This document shows positions 29,125-38,417 of a stretch of DNA of 64,000 nt, in pieces. The translations under genes were made by a program, and so were the position numbers. How positions within the stretch are numbered: position 1 is the first letter of the stretch; every line of letters begins with the position of its first letter. The DNA comes from Patescibacteria group bacterium (GTDB taxonomy: Bacteria > Patescibacteriota > Minisyncoccia > Phycocordibacterales > UBA9973): the NCBI GenBank assembly GCA_038063515.1, contig JBBTUY010000006.1, positions 26,505 to 90,504 on the forward strand, in the 5' to 3' direction. Under the pieces are notes generated by a model. The model was not told where the DNA came from and did no database searches. It saw only the letters and a program-made list of their open reading frames with translations.

Positions 29125-29892
29125 CTATTCGTCCGGTGAGAGACGATACGGATCCCCTTTGGGCGGATAGGACACTCTTACTTCTTCTTTGTTTTGTCCG
29201 CTTACCTTACTCTCTTTCTTTGTTTCAGTTGTTCCTATTGTGTATTCTGTTTTTGTTGTGGGATTTTGTACTGATGTTGCTATCTTTTCTTTGATTAATG
29301 GGTGAATACCTCCACTTACTGTATTTAAATTATTATTTATAGGTGTTGGCTCTGGATTCTCTACCATTTTTAAGGTGTCCTCTCTTTCCTCATTAGTAGC
29401 TTTTTTTATTTTTATTCCTTCTTCTACGTCTGGTTCTATTCTCGGATTGATTTTTATACCTGTTGATTCTAGTATGTCGTTATCAACTTTTTTTATTTCT
29501 TGTTCTATTTCAATACTTTGCTCTGGTTTCGGCTCAGCTTTTTTAGTAAAACTATTTTTTCTTTCTGTGATTTGAATCATCTCCTCTTTTATCTTTTTAA
29601 AGATAGACTCATTTAGTTCATGTGTTAATTCTTGTGCAGATGCTTCAGATATATGCATTTTTTCCGCTATTGTCTTGGTGTACTCGTGTGGATTTAATAG
29701 TCCACAGAGTAATAATTCTGTTTCTAATTCTAAGTCCCCGAGTTGTTCAAAATCATACCCTTTTGTTTCACGTAATTTTAAAAGGGCAGCCCTCCAGTCT
29801 ACTTGCGCAATAGCATTTAGGGTGTCTTCGGGCAATTTTGCTTTTGCCTGTTCTATTTTTATTTGTAGTGATGCGGGTATGTTGTTTTGCAT
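29125..29892 (-). CDS. Hypothetical protein
   Basis: Helical N-terminal domain similar to the adjacent ORF; C-terminal DPYRLSPDE. Confidence 0.7.
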   Translation of the reverse strand: MQNNIPASLQIKIEQAKAKLPEDTLNAIAQVDWRAALLKLRETKGYDFEQLGDLELETELLLCGLLNPHEYTKTIAEKMHISEASAQELTHELNESIFKKIKEEMIQITERKNSFTKKAEPKPEQSIEIEQEIKKVDNDILESTGIKINPRIEPDVEEGIKIKKATNEEREDTLKMVENPEPTPINNNLNTVSGGIHPLIKEKIATSVQNPTTKTEYTIGTTETKKESKVSGQNKEEVRVSYPPKGDPYRLSPDE

Positions 29893-29901
29893 TTATGTAT
29901 T

Positions 29902-30429
29902 TTATTCCTCTTTATCATTATATAGGAATTTACTTTTTATGTCTTTGATTTTGGAATCATTTTCTACTACATACCCACCTATTTTTTGATTATTTTTAGG
30001 GTGAGTAGGTTCTTCCCTGTCACTTGGTGTAAGAAATGATGCGTAGTCTCCACCAGAGAGAATAAAATTCATATCCTTCTCTAATTTCTTTGAGGGGTCG
30101 GAGCTTACGGCATGATTCATGATATCTAAGAGTTCTTTAAAACTAGAGAATATTTCTCTATGTATTTCTTCTACTATATTAGATGCCTTTAGGTGATCAA
30201 TTTTTAATTCTTGGGTAAGCGAAGACTCGAAGTTTTTTAAAGGTGCGAGCCCCATCATTATAAGTGTGGTCTCTTTCCCTAAAATATCTATGCCTTCTTG
30301 ATCTAGCTCGTTTTTCATACCTATACTTGCTAGGGCCTCCTCGTAGTGAGGTGACATAATTTCCTCCTGAATAGTTTGGGGGAGAGCATAAAATTTTTCT
30401 TGTATTATTTTTATTGTATCGTTATCCAT
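29902..30429 (-). CDS. Hypothetical protein, apparent paralog of 29125..29892
   Basis: Shared pattern LP..., ET.L.+.GL, IF. Confidence 0.7.
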   Translation of the reverse strand: MDNDTIKIIQEKFYALPQTIQEEIMSPHYEEALASIGMKNELDQEGIDILGKETTLIMMGLAPLKNFESSLTQELKIDHLKASNIVEEIHREIFSSFKELLDIMNHAVSSDPSKKLEKDMNFILSGGDYASFLTPSDREEPTHPKNNQKIGGYVVENDSKIKDIKSKFLYNDKEE

Positions 30430-30446
30430 ATTTTTAGCTAAATTAA

Positions 30447-32846
30447 TTAATGGTGTGCTGCGTGACTGTCATGAGCTGGTGCGGAACTAGTAGTAGGTGT
30501 TGTATGTGTTGCAGCAGCTGGTACGGGGTGTGCTGGTGCAGCCGGGTGTGCAGCATCGTGTGGGTTAAGTATGTGTCCTAAGTGTTCGAGCACCTCATCT
30601 TTTTCAGATTCAATTTTAGCTCCACCTACTTTTGCAACAAATTCTCTGTTTTGTACACTTATACCCTCTCTAAAGGCATGTATAAATCCTCCCAGTGCTG
30701 GTGCTACTATCATCCCTACTCCTCCTGTTACAGCTCCTGCTGCTAAAGTTCCTATTTGACCCATCGGTGATGTAAGGGTCTTTCCTACTCCCATTTTATA
30801 ATTATCCCAGAAATTTTTCATTGCTTTTTCTACCTTAATAGCTCCACTATCTGTGTCTTTTATTGAGTTACTTAAACTATTTAGGTATGCAGCCTTGCGT
30901 CTTTTATTTACTTCTTCAGCTGTCTCTACTTTTATAAGTTTTTTACCTAGACCTTTAAAGTTTAACCCATACTCTTTGAGATCTACACCATTTTCATAAT
31001 CAGCTTTAAATTTCTTTTCATCAAACTCAAGACCCTTTCCTGCAACAAACTTCCTTGCGTTTTCTAGATTTTCCTCATATTTTTTATATATTTCATTTTG
31101 CGCCTTTCCTTGTTCAGAGGATGCAAAGTTGTCTTGATCCTTTGCGTTGGCACCACTTAATTCATGAGTCTTCATTCTATCCTGTGCTTTTTTCGCATCT
31201 CGTTTCTCTTTTGCTTTATATCCACCCTTAAGACTTGCACTATCTAATCCGAGAATAGTACCTCCTTTGGCAAAATCTAACCCACCCTTACTTTTAAGAA
31301 GTTTACCGAGTCCTGTATCTCTAGGATCGAAACTCTTACTAGCTATCGAGTTTGCAAAATCAAGTTTTCTTTGTGCCCATCTATCACCTGACGCAGCTTT
31401 ATCCTGGAGTTCTCTGTTGTTCGCTGTTGACATTGCTGCTGCCCCTATGGTGCTTCTTAGTGCAACACTTGTGCCACCTGATGCTACTCCGACTGCAAGG
31501 CCTCCTACTGCAGCTGCAAGTGTCGCTCCTCCTGATATGACTGCTTTACTAAATTCTCCACTACCCTTCTTTGCATAGTCTACAGCCTTTAAGAGAAGGC
31601 TTATGTTTATAATTGCAGGAAGTATTGTAAGTAATAATAATCCAGCAAATGCTTCCAAGCCTTTATTTTGTGTAAATGTATTCCCTATATTTTTAAATAT
31701 ATCTATTTGAATAATTTTAGATATTATAAGCATAAAGAACATGAAAATAGGAGCCATGAATGCTACGGAAAATAGTCGGCTAGACCATGAATCCCATCCT
31801 ATATAATCCATTTTCTTTAATTCTGGCATTGCAAAAGACATAAATGCAAAAGGTGCAAAAATTATAAGTATCCAGAATTCTATAAGTCTACCAAGAAAAG
31901 CAAATGCAGCTATAAAAAATGCGTAAGATGCTATCAAGAATATAGCTCCAGCAGTAAATATAAGTAGTAAGGTTATAGATGTTGGCACACCTACGCTGTT
32001 ACCAAATACTGCTTGTTGTACAACACCACCCACTGCTGCTCCACCCGGTATTGGAGTCATTGCACCTATAATAGCACCCGTAAGCCAGCTTGCGCCTTGT
32101 GTTTCTTTAAATTTATCTAGATTGATAAAATTGTTTGGGTTAAAGCCGGATACTATTCCCCCAGCAAAATTCTTTTCTTCCACCCCAGTCTTTTCTGTGT
32201 TTGTAATTGGTTCTGATTTAGTTACTACCTCACCATTTTTTGTGACCACTGTTATTTTATTGTAGAAGACAAGCGCAAGTACGTTTGAAGAATCTATAAC
32301 TACTTGCGTGAAAAACATACTGAAGTTTATAAATAGTGCTACTATTATAACTTCTGATATTACTTTCTTAACTTCCGATCCTCCTAATCCAAGTATGGTT
32401 TTAAATGCTACATGTAAGAGTATTATTATAAAAAATATATTAGAGATATCTCTAACTATCTTCCATGCTTCAGAAAGGAAGTCGTTATCAAATAGGAGAC
32501 TGCTTAATGTTATTGCCAAGCTTGCATTGAAAAGTTGTGCCACCAGCCACAATATCCCTGAAGGTAATACGTAAAATAGAGTGTAAATTATTCTAGTTAA
32601 ACATTTATCAGGAGATCCATCAAAAAAGTTTGCACATCCAATGCTTTCGTCGAGGCTGGTCTTTGTGTCTTTTGTACTACCATCTGGAGTTGGTGATGAT
32701 GCAGCACCAGTTGGTGTGGTTGTTGTAGGAGGTAGTGGCGACGTTTCAGTTTCTGGTGAGCCTTGTGCTTGTACATTAAAAACTGGACTAAAAAATCCTG
32801 AGGTAAATGCAGTTATTAATATTAAAGTTAAAAACCTTTTTTTCAT
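30447..32846 (-). CDS. VirB6/TrbL-like polytopic membrane protein
   Basis: WKIVRDISNIFFI, INFSMFFTQVVID, RLIEFWILIIFAPFAF; long charged C-terminus with a His/Pro/Ala tail. Confidence 0.75.
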   Translation of the reverse strand: MKKRFLTLILITAFTSGFFSPVFNVQAQGSPETETSPLPPTTTTPTGAASSPTPDGSTKDTKTSLDESIGCANFFDGSPDKCLTRIIYTLFYVLPSGILWLVAQLFNASLAITLSSLLFDNDFLSEAWKIVRDISNIFFIIILLHVAFKTILGLGGSEVKKVISEVIIVALFINFSMFFTQVVIDSSNVLALVFYNKITVVTKNGEVVTKSEPITNTEKTGVEEKNFAGGIVSGFNPNNFINLDKFKETQGASWLTGAIIGAMTPIPGGAAVGGVVQQAVFGNSVGVPTSITLLLIFTAGAIFLIASYAFFIAAFAFLGRLIEFWILIIFAPFAFMSFAMPELKKMDYIGWDSWSSRLFSVAFMAPIFMFFMLIISKIIQIDIFKNIGNTFTQNKGLEAFAGLLLLTILPAIINISLLLKAVDYAKKGSGEFSKAVISGGATLAAAVGGLAVGVASGGTSVALRSTIGAAAMSTANNRELQDKAASGDRWAQRKLDFANSIASKSFDPRDTGLGKLLKSKGGLDFAKGGTILGLDSASLKGGYKAKEKRDAKKAQDRMKTHELSGANAKDQDNFASSEQGKAQNEIYKKYEENLENARKFVAGKGLEFDEKKFKADYENGVDLKEYGLNFKGLGKKLIKVETAEEVNKRRKAAYLNSLSNSIKDTDSGAIKVEKAMKNFWDNYKMGVGKTLTSPMGQIGTLAAGAVTGGVGMIVAPALGGFIHAFREGISVQNREFVAKVGGAKIESEKDEVLEHLGHILNPHDAAHPAAPAHPVPAAATHTTPTTSSAPAHDSHAAHH

Positions 32847-32858
32847 TTTATTAATTTT

Positions 32859-35060
32859 CTAACTCGGTGTCCATTTATTGTTTTTTTCTATACCTAAACA
32901 TTCATCTTTAGTTAATCCTGGTATTTTAAGCACACCTATTTGGCAGATGCCACGTGTTTCTGTCGGTGTTGTTGTTGGATTTACAGTCGTGCTGTATGGT
33001 GAAGGTGTGTCTGATATTTTGTAGTCTCCTGAGCTACTGTTATATATAGCGTTACAATTTATATTGTTATTACCATAAGATGTGCAGAATACAGTTTTTT
33101 CTGTTTGGATGTTATTAAATAGACTATTCTCTCCTCCTGGGTTGGTCCATGTTTTAGCTGTTCTTTCATTCGAACACTTTATTATTAGGGTATTTTGGTA
33201 ATTCACTTTATCTTTTAAATCATCTACTACGTTTTGTGCTTCCCTAACTGTTTCATTTGTAGAAAGCTCTAATATCATTCCATTGATTCTCTCTTTTAGT
33301 CTTACCATTGTTTTTTCATTTTCAGATCCTGGTGCTGGTTGTGTTGTTATTGCACTTAAACTTCCTCTTATTGATTCTAGTTTTACTAAAGTTTGAGTTA
33401 GTGTATCTTTTCTAGCTACTAATTCGTTTACTTTTTCACTTGTGGTTTTAGTAGAAGATACTTCACTCAAGTAGCTCGGTGAACTCGGTAATTCACTTCT
33501 CATTTTATTTTTCACCCACTCTTTAAAAGAGTTGGCTGTGGCAGTGATACTGTCATTGTAGGCAGTATCTGTTGTGAATTTGCTCTGTATGTCATTGTCA
33601 AGCCTATCTTCCCATCCAACATTTGGTCCAGGTAGGCACATGTCGAGTTCTTGTGTTTTTTGTAACACTCGATCAAATAATTGTGACAATCCAAGGTTGT
33701 TTACATCAGTATTGTCTATTAATTTTAGTTCTGTATTGGCTCTAGTTATCGCATCATTTACATCTTTTTTGAAAGTAGTTAAGATTATTTCCTCATCTGG
33801 TCCTCCCCAGTTAAAGCCGGTACCACTTGTAGTATTCACTGATGGGCTACCGAGTGTATGTCCGTAGTAACTAAAATTGTCGTCATCAGTATTGTTTCCA
33901 TTACCACTTATTTTACTTGAAAGTGCGTTTAATCCATCCTTCATAAATTTATTTAAGAGCGCATCAAATATCGCAGAGAGACTGTTGCCCATAGCAGCAG
34001 CGAGTGAGGTCTGGTCGTATGGTCCAGTGATCGCTTTCATGATTTGTGCACTGACTACTGAGCCTGGAGTAGTATTTACAAGTCCACCTGGGCAACCATT
34101 TTCTGATTCCCAATTTATTCTTTCATTATCATTTTTTATACTCCATTGCAGTTTTTGTTCATCGTATGTATCATAAATTGAATTATATCTTGTATTCCAT
34201 TCGTCATTTGATTCATCTGGTCTCCTTGTCGGTACTTCAGGTTCAGTTGGTTCAGGAGTAGACGACTTAAATGTAGGCTGGTTAAATTGGTTTTTTAGAT
34301 TATTATATCGTGGGTTACTTGGACATGTCTGTGGAGACAAGAAGCCCATACCTTGTTGTAGTGTGTCTTTTACAATATCAGCTTGGTTTTGACCTGTACC
34401 TCGGAGTCTTTTTGCTAGCTCATCTTCGTACATCATCTGGAATCCAAGAGAATTGTTTTGAGGGTATTGAGTATTTAAAAGGAATCCATTCCATCCTCCA
34501 ACACTAAAGTTGTTTCTATATCTAGAAAGAAGCTGTGGATCTCTCGTCACTTGGCTTAAGCTATATTGTGCGTTCGTAGCAAACTGTTTTTTGTAGCTTT
34601 CTATTGTGTTTATGGCTGTTGACTTACCAAATGGGTATTTATTACTGTCATAACCTATGATGTTTACTAGTTTTTTGATCTCGTATTTTCCTATGTCTTT
34701 AAAAAATGCTCCTGGGCGCTCTAGGAAAAGTGGTGCTCCATGAAAGCCGGAGTTTATCCAGTTTATGGTGGCTTGAGTCATCTGTTGTAAGAGTCTGCGT
34801 GCAAAGGTACGTAGTGTTTCGCGTAATACTTCTTTAGCCCATTCTTTTATATTAATGCTTGCAGTTGTAGCACTACTAACTGATGTTGCACCAGTAAAAA
34901 ACTTAGTAAGCCATGATACTGGGGCTGTGTCGTTAACTATAGTTGCTGGAAATACTGCCTCTGTTTTTTTAGGTGTAGAAAATATAAAAATAGGTGTTAT
35001 TATTGCAATAATAACTAAGAAAGAAATTATTTTTTGATTTATTTTGTTTTTAAAATTCAT
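32859..35060 (-). CDS. Large secreted hypothetical protein of the T4SS-like cluster
   Basis: Signal peptide, TINWINSGFHGAPLF, GGWNGF, TPGSVV; 733-aa ORF co-oriented with the cluster. Confidence 0.75.
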   Translation of the reverse strand: MNFKNKINQKIISFLVIIAIITPIFIFSTPKKTEAVFPATIVNDTAPVSWLTKFFTGATSVSSATTASINIKEWAKEVLRETLRTFARRLLQQMTQATINWINSGFHGAPLFLERPGAFFKDIGKYEIKKLVNIIGYDSNKYPFGKSTAINTIESYKKQFATNAQYSLSQVTRDPQLLSRYRNNFSVGGWNGFLLNTQYPQNNSLGFQMMYEDELAKRLRGTGQNQADIVKDTLQQGMGFLSPQTCPSNPRYNNLKNQFNQPTFKSSTPEPTEPEVPTRRPDESNDEWNTRYNSIYDTYDEQKLQWSIKNDNERINWESENGCPGGLVNTTPGSVVSAQIMKAITGPYDQTSLAAAMGNSLSAIFDALLNKFMKDGLNALSSKISGNGNNTDDDNFSYYGHTLGSPSVNTTSGTGFNWGGPDEEIILTTFKKDVNDAITRANTELKLIDNTDVNNLGLSQLFDRVLQKTQELDMCLPGPNVGWEDRLDNDIQSKFTTDTAYNDSITATANSFKEWVKNKMRSELPSSPSYLSEVSSTKTTSEKVNELVARKDTLTQTLVKLESIRGSLSAITTQPAPGSENEKTMVRLKERINGMILELSTNETVREAQNVVDDLKDKVNYQNTLIIKCSNERTAKTWTNPGGENSLFNNIQTEKTVFCTSYGNNNINCNAIYNSSSGDYKISDTPSPYSTTVNPTTTPTETRGICQIGVLKIPGLTKDECLGIEKNNKWTPS

Positions 35061-35072
35061 TTTTAAAAATTT

Positions 35073-35978
35073 CTAATTACTTAATTTTTTATTTATAAGT
35101 GTTGACAACTTTTCAATGCTTACTTGTACACTTTCTGAATTTTTACTATATTGGCTTATACCACTTAATGCTACTACGATATCAGTATCATACAATCTAA
35201 TGTCGCTAATGTTTTCTGAGAGTTTCTGCATTATGTTTACAACTTCTAAATGTGAGGTAGAGAGACTCTCTGGGACACCAATACTTATTATATTTATAAT
35301 AATGTTATTTACTTGTTTTATCAGAGGATCAAGTTCTTTTAGTATAGTTACATCTACGTTTTCTTCGTCAATTACGAATTTTTGCAATACATCTAGTACT
35401 GTGTATTTTATAGGTTCTTTACTAAAAATTTTATTTAAATCGTCGTTATAATTTTTAATACTTTGGCTATTTTCCGCCTTTATTATTTTTAAGTCATTTA
35501 TTGTATAAGTCTTTCTCTGCACAGAATTTTGTACTTTTTCTGCGAGATTGCCTGCGAGTGTCTCTACTGTATTTTCATCTATCTCTCCTACTTGGTTTAA
35601 GGCTGCTATGGAGGAAAAGAGTTCTCGGGAGAGCTTGTCTGTCTCTGTTAGATTTTGCTCTTCAGTTTCATTTAGGTTTAGTTCACCAGTCGATGATATG
35701 CCTTTTCTGTCTCGTATCGTGACTTTGTCTGGCACACCTGCTACTGTCTCAGCTTTTGTCGGATCTGTGCCATACAGCCCTTCTTCCCAATCTGAGATAG
35801 TATCATTATCTGTGTCTTTGTTCACTAAATCTTCTAAAGTTTCTGTACCACTGTATACTAGGCCACTTTTTTCTATTTGATTTTTGAAAATTAAATTATT
35901 CTTTGAGAGAAAAAGTGCAAGTAGAAAAAGCACCACGAGGATGATTAAAATTATTTTCTTTTGTTTCAACCAATACAT
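35073..35978 (-). CDS. Membrane-anchored protein with a TSP3-like Ca-binding motif
   Basis: N-terminal TM; DTDNDTISDWEEGLYGTDP. Confidence 0.75.
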   Translation of the reverse strand: MYWLKQKKIILIILVVLFLLALFLSKNNLIFKNQIEKSGLVYSGTETLEDLVNKDTDNDTISDWEEGLYGTDPTKAETVAGVPDKVTIRDRKGISSTGELNLNETEEQNLTETDKLSRELFSSIAALNQVGEIDENTVETLAGNLAEKVQNSVQRKTYTINDLKIIKAENSQSIKNYNDDLNKIFSKEPIKYTVLDVLQKFVIDEENVDVTILKELDPLIKQVNNIIINIISIGVPESLSTSHLEVVNIMQKLSENISDIRLYDTDIVVALSGISQYSKNSESVQVSIEKLSTLINKKLSN

Positions 35979-36024
35979 GTTATGTATATTAATTGTAACA
36001 CTTTTTTAAAAAGGAAACTATATT

Positions 36025-36861
36025 TTATGTGAGTAAACTAAGGGTAATCCAGTCTTTTGGAGATAGATTTTCTGCCCTTTTATCTTTGAGATCTTCGAAA
36101 GATGAATTTTTAGATAAATTCATGCTTTTTAGGTTGCCACTGAGCTTCTTTCTTTTGTGTGCAAAGCCTAATTTTACTAATTTCCAGAAATCTTCTTCAC
36201 TTATTTTGTTTTCATAAAAAATTCTCTTAGAAATATTTTTTATGACTATCACAGATGAGTCTACTTTGGGTTGTGGGGAGAAATATCGCGCGCCCACCTT
36301 GGCCACTATTTTAGGCTCCCCGTATGCCTTTACTGATATAGAGAGCAGGCTTTCCTTTTTGTCACGGGCAACTATTCTCTGTGCTACTTCTTGCTGTACG
36401 AGGAGGACCATAGATGTCGGCTGTGTATCACCTCCTAAAAATTTCTTTAGTATTGCGCCCGTTATATTGTAGGGAATGTTTGCAATTATTTTGTAACGAA
36501 ATTTTTTCGAAGTTTTTTTCAGGTCCTCGGACCCCTCCGTCCCTATCCCAGCCAGACCATGTAAAAAACTTGAAAAAATTTCATTCACGTTAAGTTCTAG
36601 TATATCTTCTTCAATTAAAATTAATTTTTCGTCTTTAATTTCTTTTTCAAATTTTATTTTAAGTAGTTCAAAAAGGTCATGATCTTTTTCTATGGCTATG
36701 ACTTTCCCTGCTTTTTCTAAAAGTTTACTAGTGAGGGCACCTTTACCTGGACCTATCTCTAATATCAAATTATCAGGATCTATCTCTCCTGCTTTGATGA
36801 TTTTATCTAAAATAAGATTTGATTTTAAAAAATTTTGCCCCAATGATTTTTTAGCTTTCAT
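36025..36861 (-). CDS. rsmA: 16S rRNA adenine dimethyltransferase KsgA
   Basis: KKSLGQNFL, LEIGPGKGALT, ANIPYNIT, FSPQPKVDS. Confidence 0.97.
   Translation of the reverse strand: MKAKKSLGQNFLKSNLILDKIIKAGEIDPDNLILEIGPGKGALTSKLLEKAGKVIAIEKDHDLFELLKIKFEKEIKDEKLILIEEDILELNVNEIFSSFLHGLAGIGTEGSEDLKKTSKKFRYKIIANIPYNITGAILKKFLGGDTQPTSMVLLVQQEVAQRIVARDKKESLLSISVKAYGEPKIVAKVGARYFSPQPKVDSSVIVIKNISKRIFYENKISEEDFWKLVKLGFAHKRKKLSGNLKSMNLSKNSSFEDLKDKRAENLSPKDWITLSLLT
36498..36582. repeat. Family B palindromic element inserted in frame in rsmA
   Basis: Arms GAAATTTTTTC(G)AAGTTTTTT / AAAAAACTTGAAAAAATTTC; core CAGGTCCTCGG...GTCCCTATCCCAGCCAGACCATG; encodes EIFSSFLHGLAGIGTEGSEDLKKTSKKF. Confidence 0.85.
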
Positions 36862-38411
36862 GTTTTTGAGTTTTTTAATATTTTATTTATCTCTTTTGTA
36901 TTAAATGGGAAATAGTATTTGACTATAGGCTCTAAGAGCTTTTCTGTTGGAGCAAAGTTGTTTGTTAGAATTGTGTATCTAGAATTATTAAGGGGTTCAT
37001 TTTTCACTAATTTTTTAGCCAAAAAGCTTTTATCCAAAAGTAATTTTTCATATAGTTTTTTTTCACTCATTGGTAATTTACCTTTTATTCCGACTAATAT
37101 TATATTTTGTATATTTTCGGTGTTATCTCCCATAGCAAAAACATAAGAGCTTGGAAAACTCAGCTGAAAGGTTTTTAAGGTACTTTTTATAAATTCTGAC
37201 TTATTGCCAGAAAGTGAGCCTATTAAGTTTATAGCATAAATACCATCATTATTTAGTTTTTGTTTTATCTCATCATTCCACTCTTTTGTTAAGAGATACC
37301 ATGGTACTGAGATAAATGAAGTGTATGCGTCGCTAAAAATAACATCATATTTTTGTGGGCTTTTTTTTAATACAATTTTAGCATCACCGATGGTTGTCTC
37401 AATATTGTATTTTTTTAAATCAAAAAAATTATTACCAATGTTTACAACTTCTGGATCGAGCTCTGCCACCAGTACTTTACTTTTCGGGTAATATTTTACA
37501 AGGTGTTTTGGTATGATATATGCACCAGCCCCTATAACTAGAATGTCATTTATCTCTTTTTTTAGATATGAAAATAACGGGTATGTGTCAGTATATATTT
37601 CTGTAGGTGCTTGAAATTCATAACTTTGAGCAGAAAAATCAAGTAATAATACTCTCGAGCTTCCATATGTTGAAGAATACGTATCTACTACTTTCGCATT
37701 ATAGTAATTAGTTTCTTTATTAAATAAAACTTCTCTGTGTTCTGTGACTTTTTCTGCTGTATAAATAAGCCCGATTATCATGATTCCCGCTCCTATAAAT
37801 GTAAAAAGTATTTTTTTATTTCTAATTCCATATACTAAGCCTAATATAAACAGAAGTCCTGCCATAAACCAAACTGTCTCTTTTGTTCCGAGGTAAGATA
37901 CAAAAAAGAATCCAGTTAAAAAAACTCCTAGTATACCTCCCAGAGACCATGTAAAAGATAGTATTCCATAATGGCTACCAATTTTTGTAAAATCATCTGC
38001 AAATTTTTTTAGAATAATAGGTTGTATCATCCCTATAGAAAGTGTCGGTAGTAAAAATAAATATAATGCGAGTGATAGGTTGAGTTTCATTATTGAATTT
38101 ATTGAATTTAAAATAAAATTAGTGTGTTCCGCAAGTAAGGGTATGATTACCACAAAAAATCCAGAAGCAAGGAATGTCAAAGGTAGTACATTACTATATT
38201 TTTTGTCAGCTACAATCCCACCTAAGAAATTTCCACCTGCAAGACCTAAGAGTGTGACACCTATAACTGATGTCCAGGTAAATACTGAACCACCTATGAG
38301 TGGTGCCATTATTCTATTTGAAATGAGTTCAATAGTCATAACTACAAAGCCTGCTATAAATGAACTTATTGCGTAGAGTATTTTTTTATTTGATATATTT
38401 TCTATTTTCAT
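36858..38411 (-). CDS. Fused membrane domain / spermidine synthase-like protein
   Basis: N-terminal multi-TM (ELISNRIMAPLIGGSVFTWTSVIG) plus SAM-binding ILVIGAGAY, ELDP, GDA, YDVIFSDAY. Confidence 0.88.
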   Translation of the reverse strand: MKIENISNKKILYAISSFIAGFVVMTIELISNRIMAPLIGGSVFTWTSVIGVTLLGLAGGNFLGGIVADKKYSNVLPLTFLASGFFVVIIPLLAEHTNFILNSINSIMKLNLSLALYLFLLPTLSIGMIQPIILKKFADDFTKIGSHYGILSFTWSLGGILGVFLTGFFFVSYLGTKETVWFMAGLLFILGLVYGIRNKKILFTFIGAGIMIIGLIYTAEKVTEHREVLFNKETNYYNAKVVDTYSSTYGSSRVLLLDFSAQSYEFQAPTEIYTDTYPLFSYLKKEINDILVIGAGAYIIPKHLVKYYPKSKVLVAELDPEVVNIGNNFFDLKKYNIETTIGDAKIVLKKSPQKYDVIFSDAYTSFISVPWYLLTKEWNDEIKQKLNNDGIYAINLIGSLSGNKSEFIKSTLKTFQLSFPSSYVFAMGDNTENIQNIILVGIKGKLPMSEKKLYEKLLLDKSFLAKKLVKNEPLNNSRYTILTNNFAPTEKLLEPIVKYYFPFNTKEINKILKNSKT

Positions 38412-38417
38412 ATCTAT

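Noticed and set aside
30447-30600. His/Pro/Ala-rich tail of the VirB6-like protein as an inserted element
   Set aside because: Only short low-complexity codon repeats, with no inverted arms or shared core.
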